In this document: positions 18,332 through 28,400 of the stretch, one piece after another | Layout of the letters: each line of letters begins with the position of its first letter | Position numbering within the stretch: the first letter of the stretch is position 1 | Sequence record: LC788705.1 | Reading direction: 5' to 3' (one strand) | DNA: 64,000 nucleotides | Source of the DNA: Escherichia coli phage NG_A1 | Program-made: the position numbers and the translations under genes | Notes under the pieces: model-generated | Told to the model about the DNA's origin: nothing | The model's input: the letters and a program-made list of their open reading frames with translations, nothing else | Databases searched by the model: none

Positions 18332-18964
18332 ATGACACAAGCTGCTATTGACTATAACAAGTTAAAATCAGCACCCGTTCATTTAGATGCTTATATTAAA
18401 TCTATTGATAGCGAATCCAAAGAGGGTGTTGTAAAAATCCGTGGATTCGCTAATACAATTAGCAAAGATCGCGCTGGTGATGTAATCCCTGCTTCTGCAT
18501 GGAAAACATCTAATGCACTTACTAACTACATGAAAAACCCGATTATTCTTTTCGGACACGATCATCGTCGCCCAATCGGTAAGTGTATTGATCTTAACCC
18601 TACTGAAATGGGTCTCGAAATTGAATGTGAGATCTATGAAAGTTCCGATCCGGCTATCTTTTCACTAATTAAAAACGGTGTACTGAAAACTTTTAGTATC
18701 GGATTCCGCTGCCTAGATGCAGAGTGGGATGAAGCTACTGATATATTTATTATTAAAGATTTAGAACTATACGAAGTCTCGGTAGTTTCTGTACCTTGTA
18801 ATCAGGACTCAACATTCAATCTCGCTAAGAGCATGAATGGTCATGATTATACTGAATGGCGTAAATCTTTTACTGCAATAAGTTCTAAAGCTGTCCCAGC
18901 TCAAGAACGTAATCTTTCTGAACTAGAAAAACTTGCGATAGCTTTAGGCTACGTTAAAGAATAA
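18332..18964 (+). CDS. Prohead protease, HK97 family, pb11-like (210 aa)
   Basis: Motifs LFGHD and FSIGF; located immediately upstream of the major capsid gene. Confidence 0.7.
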   Translation: MTQAAIDYNKLKSAPVHLDAYIKSIDSESKEGVVKIRGFANTISKDRAGDVIPASAWKTSNALTNYMKNPIILFGHDHRRPIGKCIDLNPTEMGLEIECEIYESSDPAIFSLIKNGVLKTFSIGFRCLDAEWDEATDIFIIKDLELYEVSVVSVPCNQDSTFNLAKSMNGHDYTEWRKSFTAISSKAVPAQERNLSELEKLAIALGYVKE

Positions 18965-18981
18965 CGGAGAATTATTTAAAA

Positions 18982-20358
18982 ATGACTATTGATATTAATA
19001 AGCTGAAAGAAGAACTTGGTCTGGGTGATCTGGCTAAATCTCTGGAAGGTCTGACCGCTGCTCAGAAAGCTCAGGAAGCTGAACGTATGCGTAAAGAGCA
19101 GGAAGAAAAAGAACTGGCTCGTATGAATGACCTGGTTTCTAAAGCTGTTGGTGAAGACCGTAAGCGTCTGGAAGAGGCTCTGGATCTGGTTAAGTCTCTG
19201 GATGAGAAATCTAAGAAGAGCGCAGAACTGTTTGCACAAACTGTAGAAAAACAACAGGAAACTATTGTTGGTCTTCAGGACGAAATTAAATCTCTGCTAA
19301 CAGCTCGTGAAGGTCGTTCCTTTGTTGGTGATAGTGTTGCTAAAGCACTGTACGGTACTCAGGAAAACTTTGAAGACGAAGTAGAAAAACTGGTTCTGTT
19401 GTCTTACGTAATGGAGAAAGGTGTATTCGAAACCGAACACGGTCAAAAACACCTGAAAGCAGTGAATCAGTCTTCTTCTGTAGAAGTTTCTAGTGAAAGC
19501 TATGAAACTATTTTCTCTCAGCGTATTATCCGTGACCTGCAGAAAGAGCTGGTAGTTGGCGCACTGTTCGAAGAACTGCCGATGTCCAGTAAGATTCTTA
19601 CTATGCTGGTTGAACCGGATGCTGGTAAAGCTACTTGGGTTGCTGCTTCTACTTATGGTACCGGTACAACTACTGGTGAGGAAGTTAAAGGCGCTCTTAA
19701 AGAGATCCACTTCAGTACTTACAAACTGGCTGCTAAGTCCTTCATTACTGATGAAACTGAAGAAGATGCAATCTTCTCCCTGCTGCCACTACTGCGTAAA
19801 CGTCTGATTGAAGCACACGCTGTTTCTATCGAAGAAGCCTTCATGACTGGTGATGGTCCCGGTAAGCCGAAAGGTCTGCTGACTCTTGCTAGTGAAGATA
19901 GTGCTAAAGTTATTACTGAAGCTAAAGCTGATGGTTCCGTACTGGTAACTGCTAAAACTATCTCTAAACTGCGTCGTAAACTGGGCCGTCATGGTCTGAA
20001 ACTGAGCAAACTGGTACTGATAGTATCTATGGATGCTTACTACGATCTGCTGGAAGACGAAGAATGGCAGGATGTTGCACAGGTTGGTAACGATGCTGTT
20101 AAACTGCAAGGTCAGGTTGGTCGTATCTATGGTCTTCCGGTTGTAGTTTCTGAATACTTCCCAGCTAAAGCAGCAGATAAAGAGTTCGCAGTTATTGTTT
20201 ATAAAGATAACTTCGTAATGCCACGCCAGCGTGCTGTTACTGTTGAACGTGAGCGCCAAGCTGGTAAACAGCGTGACGCATACTACGTTACTCAGCGTGT
20301 TAACCTGCAACGTTACTTTGCAAATGGCGTTGTATCTGGTGCTTACGCTGCATCTTAA
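18982..20358 (+). CDS. Major capsid protein precursor, pb8-like (458 aa)
   Basis: Size and position; coiled-coil-rich N-terminal scaffold-like delta domain; strongly E. coli-optimised codon usage; followed by a strong terminator. Confidence 0.85.
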   Translation: MTIDINKLKEELGLGDLAKSLEGLTAAQKAQEAERMRKEQEEKELARMNDLVSKAVGEDRKRLEEALDLVKSLDEKSKKSAELFAQTVEKQQETIVGLQDEIKSLLTAREGRSFVGDSVAKALYGTQENFEDEVEKLVLLSYVMEKGVFETEHGQKHLKAVNQSSSVEVSSESYETIFSQRIIRDLQKELVVGALFEELPMSSKILTMLVEPDAGKATWVAASTYGTGTTTGEEVKGALKEIHFSTYKLAAKSFITDETEEDAIFSLLPLLRKRLIEAHAVSIEEAFMTGDGPGKPKGLLTLASEDSAKVITEAKADGSVLVTAKTISKLRRKLGRHGLKLSKLVLIVSMDAYYDLLEDEEWQDVAQVGNDAVKLQGQVGRIYGLPVVVSEYFPAKAADKEFAVIVYKDNFVMPRQRAVTVERERQAGKQRDAYYVTQRVNLQRYFANGVVSGAYAAS

Positions 20359-20377
20359 TACAGGCTTTTCAGCCGAT

Positions 20378-20406
20378 AAGGAGAGCTTCGGCTCTCCTTT
20401 TTTATT
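20378..20406 (+). terminator. Intrinsic terminator after the major capsid gene
   Basis: Hairpin AAGGAGAGC-TTCG-GCTCTCCTT followed by TTTTTTATT. Confidence 0.8.
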
Positions 20407-20417
20407 GGGAAAAATAA

Positions 20418-20930
20418 ATGCAAATAATCACAGCTGAAGACTATAGATTATATGGCGGGTTAAAACGACCTGAATTAGAATCTGGAGTAGAGATGATGAT
20501 TACTGCTGCCAATGCGCTGATTACTAGCCTTTTAGGTATGGATGATGCTGATGCGGTAGACCAGTTAATCAATACAAAACCTACTCGTAAAAAATACTTC
20601 TTAAGTTCCCCCTCGGCTACTTCAGTAACCAAAATGACTATTAATGATAAGGAGATAGATCCCGAACAGTATAAGTTATACTCTGATGGGGTTATACTTC
20701 TTAAATTTAGTCCTCCAGAAGGTTATATGGATGTAGAGTACACACAAGGTGGATTTAACCCAATTCCTGAAGATCTCAAACTTGCAGCATGTATGCTAGT
20801 AGATCATTGGCATAAACAGGATTACCGTCAAGCTAAAACAATTGGCGGAGAAACAGTTACTTTTAATAATACTAAGTCTGGTATTCCAGAGCATATTCGT
20901 ACTATTATTGAAGTTTACAGGAGAGTATAA
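20418..20930 (+). CDS. Putative head completion/connector protein (170 aa)
   Basis: Position between capsid and tail genes. Confidence 0.4.
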   Translation: MQIITAEDYRLYGGLKRPELESGVEMMITAANALITSLLGMDDADAVDQLINTKPTRKKYFLSSPSATSVTKMTINDKEIDPEQYKLYSDGVILLKFSPPEGYMDVEYTQGGFNPIPEDLKLAACMLVDHWHKQDYRQAKTIGGETVTFNNTKSGIPEHIRTIIEVYRRV

Positions 20931-21697
20931 TGTCTCTTTCTGATTTAGCTACACAAATTATTAAGGAGCAGCTAGATAATGTTGGGCGTTCCGAGAACAA
21001 TAAGAATACTGTTGTATATTCTGTTGAAACAGGACTGAAAGATCCTACTAGAGATGGTACTGTTGCTCAGGTATCTTTTAAATTCTCAAAACCTGTATCC
21101 CAAGATCTCCTTAATGTTAGGACCGCTTCTATTCTAAAAGCAGTTTCTTCTAGCTTAGATCTAACAGGAGATTTAGGTGCTCTAGAGAATTTAATACAAG
21201 CAACCGCTGGTAAAAAATCTGCTGTAGGTAAAAAACGTTCTACTGGTAGAGTTCAAGTAAACTTTGGGGATCCTAGAGACGTAGAAGATGGATATTCTGG
21301 TGCAGTAACAGGTGCTTCTGGTCGTTTTGTATCAAATAGTAATATGAAGGTTATTCTGGAGTTGGTTGCTAAAGAATACTTAATAAAGGATATGAAAAAA
21401 GCAGGAGCTCCACTTAAATTTAGAACAGGTCGTTTTGCAAACTCTCTAAAAGTTAAAGATGTTATGCTTAGAGATGCTGGAACTAGCAAAGGTGCTCCGG
21501 AATTAAACGTTACATATAATTATATGGTACGTCCATATTCAGTATTTAATCCTGCAGTATCTACATATCGAAGATTGTCACTACGACCCTACCCAGGTGC
21601 TAGAAACCCTCAAAGACTAATTGGAGAGGCGATAGCTAAAGCTGCAAGAGACTTAATTCACTCCAGATACAAAATTAAGGTTAATCAAGGAACCTAA
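20930..21697 (+). CDS. Putative neck/tail completion protein (255 aa)
   Basis: Position; abutting start/stop with the upstream gene. Confidence 0.4.
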   Translation: MSLSDLATQIIKEQLDNVGRSENNKNTVVYSVETGLKDPTRDGTVAQVSFKFSKPVSQDLLNVRTASILKAVSSSLDLTGDLGALENLIQATAGKKSAVGKKRSTGRVQVNFGDPRDVEDGYSGAVTGASGRFVSNSNMKVILELVAKEYLIKDMKKAGAPLKFRTGRFANSLKVKDVMLRDAGTSKGAPELNVTYNYMVRPYSVFNPAVSTYRRLSLRPYPGARNPQRLIGEAIAKAARDLIHSRYKIKVNQGT

Positions 21698-21700
21698 TAA

Positions 21701-22186
21701 ATGGATCACAGAACAAGTATAGCACAAGCTCTGGTTGATCGAATAGCCAAACAAATGGATGGCTCTCAACCAGATGAATATTTTAATAACTTGTATGGAA
21801 ACGTCTCACGTCAAACTTATAAGTTTGAGGAGATACGAGAGTTTCCTTATGTTGCAGTTCATATCGGAACTGAAACTGGGCAGTATCTTCCCTCAGGTCA
21901 ACAGTGGATGTTTTTAGAACTTCCTATCCTGGTGTATGATAAAGAGAAAACAGACATTCAAGAGCAACTTGAAAAACTCGTAGCGGATATAAAAACCGTT
22001 ATTGACACAGGTGGAAATTTAGAATATACTGTTAGTAAACCTAATGGATCGACCTTCCCATGTGAGGCGACTGATATGAGCATTACATCAGTTAGTACAG
22101 ATGAGGGTCTACTGGCCCCATATGGTTTAGCAGAAATAAATGTAACAGTGAGGTATCAGCCTCCACGTAGGTCACTTCGCAGATAA
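21701..22186 (+). CDS. Putative tail terminator/completion protein (161 aa)
   Basis: Position immediately upstream of the tail tube gene. Confidence 0.4.
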   Translation: MDHRTSIAQALVDRIAKQMDGSQPDEYFNNLYGNVSRQTYKFEEIREFPYVAVHIGTETGQYLPSGQQWMFLELPILVYDKEKTDIQEQLEKLVADIKTVIDTGGNLEYTVSKPNGSTFPCEATDMSITSVSTDEGLLAPYGLAEINVTVRYQPPRRSLRR

Positions 22187-22212
22187 GTTACAGATTAGGA
22201 GAAAATAATTAA

Positions 22213-23616
22213 ATGTCTTTACAACTATTACGTAATACTCGAATCTTCGTGTCTACGGTTAAGACTGGTCATAATAAGACCAACACGCAAGAGATTCTAG
22301 TTCAGGATGATATTTCTTGGGGTCAGGACAGTAACTCAACAGATATTACTGTTAATGAAGCTGGTCCGCGTCCAACTCGTGGTTCTAAACGTTTTAATGA
22401 CTCTTTAAACGCGGCTGAGTGGAGTTTCTCTACTTATATCCTGCCATATAAAGATAAAACTACTAACAAACAGATTGTCCCTGACTATATGTTATGGCAT
22501 GCTCTTTCTAGCGGTAAAGCTCTTAACTTAGAAGGTGATACAGGAGCACATAATAACGAAACCAATTTTATGGTTAACTTTAAAGATAACGCGTACCACG
22601 AACTGGCAATGCTGCATATCTACATCCTGACTGACAAAGCATGGAGTTACATCGACTCTTGCCAGATCAACCAGGCAGAAGTTAACGTTGATATTGAGGA
22701 TATTGGTCGTGTAACTTGGTCAGGTAATGGTAATCAGCTCATCCCGTTAGATAGCCAACCATTTGACCCAGATGCATTAGGTATTGATGATGAAACCTAT
22801 ATGACTATTCAGAGTTCTTACATTAAGAACAAACTGACTATCCTGAAAATTAAGGATATGGATTCTGGTAAGGCATATGACATTCCTATTACTGGTGGTA
22901 CGTTCACCATTAATAACAACATCACGTACCTAACCCCGAATATTATGTCACGTGTAAATATTCCAATCGGCTCATTTACGGGTGCGTTTGAGTTAACGGG
23001 TTCTTTGACAGCTTACCTTAATGATAAGTCTCTTGGTTCTATGGAACTGTACAAAGATCTGATTAAAACCCTTAAGGTAGTTAACCGTTTTGAAATCGCA
23101 CTTATTTTGGGTGGAGAATATGATGAGCGACCAGCAGCTGTGTTAGTTGCTAAACAGGCGCACGTTAATATTCCTACTATTGAGACTGATGATGTACTTG
23201 GTACTTCAGTAGAGTTTAAGGCTATTCCTACAGATTTGGATACTGGTGACGAAGGATACTTAGGCTTCTCTAACAAGTATACCAAAACTACAATAGCGAA
23301 TCTAATTGCTACCGGAGATGGTGCTAAAACTCCACCAAAACTAGTCGAATCAATCACAGTTAAATCTGCTGCTGATGCTACTTCTGTAACAAATAGTAAT
23401 ACTTTACAGATGTCTGTTGAGGTAACACCTCCAGAAGCTACTAATAAGGCTGTGACTTGGTCTATTTCTAGTGGTAACGCAGCTACAATTGATGCAGAAT
23501 CTGGGTTATTAACAGCTGATGCCTCTAAAACTGGTGCAGTTACTGTGAAGGCTGTAGCTAAAGATGGTTCTGGTGTAGAAGGTACTAAAACTATCACAGT
23601 TAGTGCTGGTGGTTAA
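22213..23616 (+). CDS. Major tail tube protein with C-terminal Ig-like (BIG2-type) domain, pb6-like (467 aa)
   Basis: C-terminal Ig-like segment TNSNTLQMSVEVTPPEATNKAVTWSISSGNAATIDAESGLLTA; AGGAG RBS. Confidence 0.8.
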   Translation: MSLQLLRNTRIFVSTVKTGHNKTNTQEILVQDDISWGQDSNSTDITVNEAGPRPTRGSKRFNDSLNAAEWSFSTYILPYKDKTTNKQIVPDYMLWHALSSGKALNLEGDTGAHNNETNFMVNFKDNAYHELAMLHIYILTDKAWSYIDSCQINQAEVNVDIEDIGRVTWSGNGNQLIPLDSQPFDPDALGIDDETYMTIQSSYIKNKLTILKIKDMDSGKAYDIPITGGTFTINNNITYLTPNIMSRVNIPIGSFTGAFELTGSLTAYLNDKSLGSMELYKDLIKTLKVVNRFEIALILGGEYDERPAAVLVAKQAHVNIPTIETDDVLGTSVEFKAIPTDLDTGDEGYLGFSNKYTKTTIANLIATGDGAKTPPKLVESITVKSAADATSVTNSNTLQMSVEVTPPEATNKAVTWSISSGNAATIDAESGLLTADASKTGAVTVKAVAKDGSGVEGTKTITVSAGG

Positions 23617-23620
23617 ATAA

Positions 23621-24523
23621 ATGTACTACTCTCTAATGCGAGAGTCAAAAGTTATAGTTGAGTATGATGGTAGGGCATTTCATTTTGATGCCCTATCAAA
23701 CTATGATATACAGACTTCCTACGAGGAATTCAAGACTCTTCGTAGGACTGTTCATCGTAGAACTAACTATGCAGACTCTATTATAAATGCTCAAACCCCC
23801 TCTTCTATCTCTCTAGCAATAAATTTCAGTAATACTCTTACAGAGGCTAACTTCTTTGAATGGTTAGGTTTTGATAGAAAAGGTAATACTTTCTTACTCC
23901 CACTATATAGTAGTAATATTGAACCTATTATGTTCAATATCTATATAGTAAATAAAGATAATAACTGTGTATATTTTGAAAACTGTTATGTATCTACGGT
24001 AGATTTTTCTTTAGATAAGAACATACCAATTCTTAATGTTGGTATTGAGTCTGGGAAATTCTCAGAAGTATCTACCTATAGAGAAGCAGCTTCTATTATA
24101 CAGGGTGAAGTAATGTCTTACAGCCCAGTAATAGCTTCTACTAATGGCAGCATCTTACCCGGTCTTATTTCTGCCTCTTTATCTTTCCAACAGCAGTGCT
24201 CCTGGAGAGAGGATAAGAGTGTTTTTGATATAAATAAAATTTATAATAATAAAAGAGCTTATGTAAATGAAATGAATGCTTCGGCAACCATTTCTCTATA
24301 TTACTTAAAACGTTTTGCAGGAGATATGGTTTACAATATCGAACCGGAGACAGATGTACCTTTAAATATAAGAAATAATAATATTTCTATAGATTTTCCT
24401 TCAGCACGTATTACAAAACGCCTAGATTTCTCAGATGTGTATAGAGTTGAGTGGGATATTATACCTACTGCTTCTTCAGACCCAGTGAGAATAGATTTCT
24501 TTGGAGAAATTAAAAATGATTAA
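23621..24523 (+). CDS. Hypothetical structural-module protein (300 aa)
   Basis: ORF track; position between tail tube and tape measure genes. Confidence 0.4.
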   Translation: MYYSLMRESKVIVEYDGRAFHFDALSNYDIQTSYEEFKTLRRTVHRRTNYADSIINAQTPSSISLAINFSNTLTEANFFEWLGFDRKGNTFLLPLYSSNIEPIMFNIYIVNKDNNCVYFENCYVSTVDFSLDKNIPILNVGIESGKFSEVSTYREAASIIQGEVMSYSPVIASTNGSILPGLISASLSFQQQCSWREDKSVFDINKIYNNKRAYVNEMNASATISLYYLKRFAGDMVYNIEPETDVPLNIRNNNISIDFPSARITKRLDFSDVYRVEWDIIPTASSDPVRIDFFGEIKND

Positions 24524-24920
24524 TTTAAAAGATATTACTCTTGATACTCGTACTATTACTCTTTCCTACCCAGGTATGCCGAACTTTAAATTAGAACTTA
24601 ACTATATGTCTCGTGCTACCTCTAAACGTGTTATTTCTTCTGCTAAACGCGATGAATGGGTTAATGGTACTTTGATTCAGGTACAGGATGATGATAAGTT
24701 CATTGAAGCCTTCGTTGACGCAGCTATTAAAGGTTGGACCGGTTTGACTGTAGGTGACGTTGAAAAACTGATGCTGATTGAAACAGATGCTGATCCTGCT
24801 ACTGAAGTTCCTTTTAGCCGCGATAATGCTGTAATGCTCATGCAGAACTCTGCTGCGTTTGATTCTTGGATCAACCAGACAGTGTTCCACTTAGACACTT
24901 TTCGTAGCCCAAAAGCGTAA
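24501..24920 (+). CDS. Putative tail assembly chaperone (139 aa)
   Basis: Position upstream of the tape measure gene; acidic. Confidence 0.4.
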   Translation: MEKLKMINLKDITLDTRTITLSYPGMPNFKLELNYMSRATSKRVISSAKRDEWVNGTLIQVQDDDKFIEAFVDAAIKGWTGLTVGDVEKLMLIETDADPATEVPFSRDNAVMLMQNSAAFDSWINQTVFHLDTFRSPKA

Positions 24921-24981
24921 AGAACTCCTAGATGCTGTTGCTGATTTTGCAGATAAGTGTATTAAAAGCTCAGCATCTAAA

Positions 24982-25350
24982 ATGACTAAACAACAATATT
25001 TAATACTTTGTGAATCAATGGGTATAGAGCCTGATCCTAAGGCCATGCCTGTTGAACTTGAAGACTTTCCACCTATTGTAGCTACTAGTATGAATATTTA
25101 TAACAGTCTAATTGACTGCTTCATACCAGGTGACTTTCCTATCTTTATAGGTAAAGATAAGGCTGCTCTAGGTGTTTTATTTGATATTTATGGGATTACT
25201 GATCCTATAGAGAAAGAATTTGTTCTACACATTATCAATATATTTGATGCTAAAGCTGTAGATGCTGCACGTAAACGTGCTGAGAAGCATAAACCGCAAA
25301 ACGGAAGGATTCCTAACGTTAAGCCACATGCTAGATCTCGTGCACGGTAA
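24982..25350 (+). CDS. Putative tail assembly chaperone (122 aa)
   Basis: Position immediately upstream of the tape measure gene; basic C-terminus. Confidence 0.4.
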   Translation: MTKQQYLILCESMGIEPDPKAMPVELEDFPPIVATSMNIYNSLIDCFIPGDFPIFIGKDKAALGVLFDIYGITDPIEKEFVLHIINIFDAKAVDAARKRAEKHKPQNGRIPNVKPHARSRAR

Positions 25351-25384
25351 AAGTTTCCTCCAATGGGCGTTCCACGATGAGGCT

Positions 25385-25418
25385 TGGCTCTGGGTGATTT
25401 GCCCAGAGCCTTTTTTAT
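25385..25418 (+). terminator. Intrinsic terminator/attenuator before the tape measure gene
   Basis: Hairpin GGCTCTGGG-TGATTT-GCCCAGAGCC followed by TTTTTTATT. Confidence 0.7.
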
Positions 25419-25433
25419 TGGGAAAAATAAAAC

Positions 25434-28400
25434 ATGACTGATAAGCTAATACGAGAATTACTAATAGACGTTAAACAGAAGGGGGCAACTCGTACTGCAA
25501 AGTCTATTGAAAACGTATCTGATGCGTTGGAAAATGCTGCTGCTGCTTCCGAACTGACAAATGAGCAGTTAGGTAAAATGCCCAGAACTCTTTATTCCAT
25601 TGAGAGGGCAGCAGATAGAGCAGCGAAAAGTCTTACTAAAATGCAAGCTAGTAGGGGTATGGCTGGTATCACTAAATCCATTGATGGTATTGGTGATAAG
25701 CTAGACTACCTGGCTATCCAGCTTATTGAAGTAACAGATAAACTAGAAATTGGATTCGATGGAGTTTCTAGATCTGTTAAAACAATGGGTAATGATGTTG
25801 CAGCTGCAACAGAAAAAGTCCAGGATAGATTATATGATACTAATAGAGCATTAGGTGGCACAGCTAGGGGTTTTAATGATACTGCTGGTGCCGCTGGTAG
25901 AGCTTCTAGAGCTATTGGTAATACTTCTGGTTCAGCACGTGGTGCAACTCGTGATTTTGCGGCAATGGCTAAGATCGGTGGTAGTCTACCTATTATGTAC
26001 GCAGCTCTTGCTTCCAACATCTTCGTTTTGCAATCAGCATTTGAACAACTTAAACTAGGTGATCAGCTAAATCGTCTAGAAAAATTTGGTGTTATAGTAG
26101 GTACTCAGACAGGTACTCCTGTTCAGTCCCTTGCTAGATCACTACAAGAGGCAGCTGGCTATGCAATCTCTTTTGAAGAAGCTATGAGGCAAGCATCCTC
26201 AGCGTCCGCTTATGGATTTGACGCCGAACAACTTAATAAATTTGGTTTAGTAGCTCGTCGTGCTGCTGCTGTTCTTGGCGTTGATATGACTGATGCACTT
26301 AACCGTGTAATTAAGGGTGTATCTAAACAAGAAATCGAACTTCTGGATGAACTTGGTGTTACTATTCGTCTTAATGATGCTTATGCTGATTACGTTAAGC
26401 AGTTAAATGCTGCAAACACAGGTATAACATATAATATTAACAGCCTTACTACTTTCCAGAAACAGCAGGCGTATGCTAATGCTGTTATAGCAGAGTCTAC
26501 TAAACGTTTTGGCTACTTAGATGAAGTTTTACGTGCTACTCCGTGGGAGCAATTTGCCGCTAATGCTGATGCCGCACTGAGAAAGATTCAGCAGGCTGCT
26601 GCTAAATACTTAGGGCCCGTAATTGATGCTATCAACACAGTATTTTATACTTCTCAGGCTTCTGTATCTGCTGAAGCAGCTAGAGCTCAAGAAAAAACTA
26701 ATAGACAGATAGATCCTACCAACGTTGGTGCTGTTGCTTTAAGTTTAGCCGCTTCTGAAGAAGGGTATAATAAAGCTCTAGATATGTATAAGGAATCTCT
26801 TGATAAGCGTAATAAGCTAAAATCTGAGTTCGATAAACGAATGGAACAAGCAGATTTCTATACAAAATTAGCTATACGTCAAGTTGGTGAAGGTATTCCT
26901 GTTGGTCTTGCAGCAGCAGGTGCTTCGGAGGCCAATAAGCAATTTGTAGCAGAAACTGCAGCTATGGGTCTACAAGTAACTAGACTTGGTAAGGAAGTAG
27001 AGGATTCTACAGAGAATCTCAATGCTTGGAAATCAGCGTATCAAGCTGCTGGGGCCGCTGCTGCAAAGGCTAGTCCAGAGTTTCAGAAGCAAATTAATCT
27101 ACAGAGAGATACTACTGATCCTGATGCTGTATACGATTTTAACTCTACTGTATTAAAAGGACTAACTGAGCAGCAGAAAGCGTACAATCAGACTAAGAAA
27201 ACGGCTAGTGACTTAGCTAATGACATACAGAACGTTGCTCAGAATACAGATACTGCTGCTAAAACTAGTGCTACTTTAGCAGATGCTATAAAAAACATAG
27301 AATCTCTATCTCTAGGTACTGGTAAGAGTGCTGATGAATATGTTAAAAACCTTAATCTGGGTTATAACACCCTGTCTGAAATGAAAACTGCATCTCAGGC
27401 TCTATCTGAGTATGTTAAACTAACTGGTAATGAAACTAAAAATCAGTTAGCAGTTCAACAGAAGATAGCTGATGTATACAATCAAACTAAGGATAAGGAA
27501 AAGGCTCAGGAAGCTGGTAGACGTTTAGAGTTGCAACAGTTAGAAGAGCAAGAAGCTGCTTTACGCCGTGTTCTTCAAACAAACCAGGGGAATAAAGCTG
27601 TTGAGAAAGAAATTGAAAAAATTCAGCTGGAGAAACTTAAACTTACCAATCAGGGTATGGAGGCCCAGAAGAAGGTTAAGGATTATACAGATAAAATCCT
27701 GGGTGTAGATCGTGAGATAGCTCTCTTAAATAACCGTACTATGACAGATACTCAGTATCGTCTAGCACAGTTAAATCTTGAATTGACCATTGAAAAAGAG
27801 AAGTACGAATGGTATACAAAACAAGCTGATAAACAGAAGGAGGCGGAACAGTCTAGACGTGCTCAAGCCCAAATTGAACGTGAAATCTGGAAATTCCGCC
27901 AAGATCAGATTGCTTCAATGGCTGCTGGTAGAGAGGAAGAACAGCAAAGACAATTTACTACTAAACCATTAATGGGAAATGCGGAGCGCTTACAGGAACA
28001 GCTAAAATTATATGAAGACTTAAAGCAGAAAACATTAGGTAATGCTGCGGCACAAGCGGAGTATAATAAAAAGATAGCTGAAACTAGGGCACAACTAGCA
28101 GGTTTAAGGGCACAGAGAAATGCGGAGATGCAAGCTTCTGTTGGATCTTCTGTAGGTGCTGTATATACTCCTACAACTGGACTATCTGGAGAAGATAAAG
28201 ATTTTGCTGATATGCAAAATAGAATGGCTTCTTATGACCAGGCAATCTCTAAATTATCTGAGCTAAACTCTGAAGCAACCGCTGTGGCTCAAAGTATGGG
28301 TAATCTAACTAATGCCATGATCCAGTTCTCCCAGGGGTCTTTAGATACTACTTCCCTGATTGCTTCTGGTATGCAAACCGTATCTTCTATGATACAGTAT

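Noticed and set aside
23013-23597. 194-aa minus-strand ORF inside the tail tube gene, and similar antisense ORFs (25706..26020, 35597..35923, 41404..41982, 52924..53433)
   Set aside because: Nested antisense to long, domain-supported genes; no RBS; compositionally biased translations.
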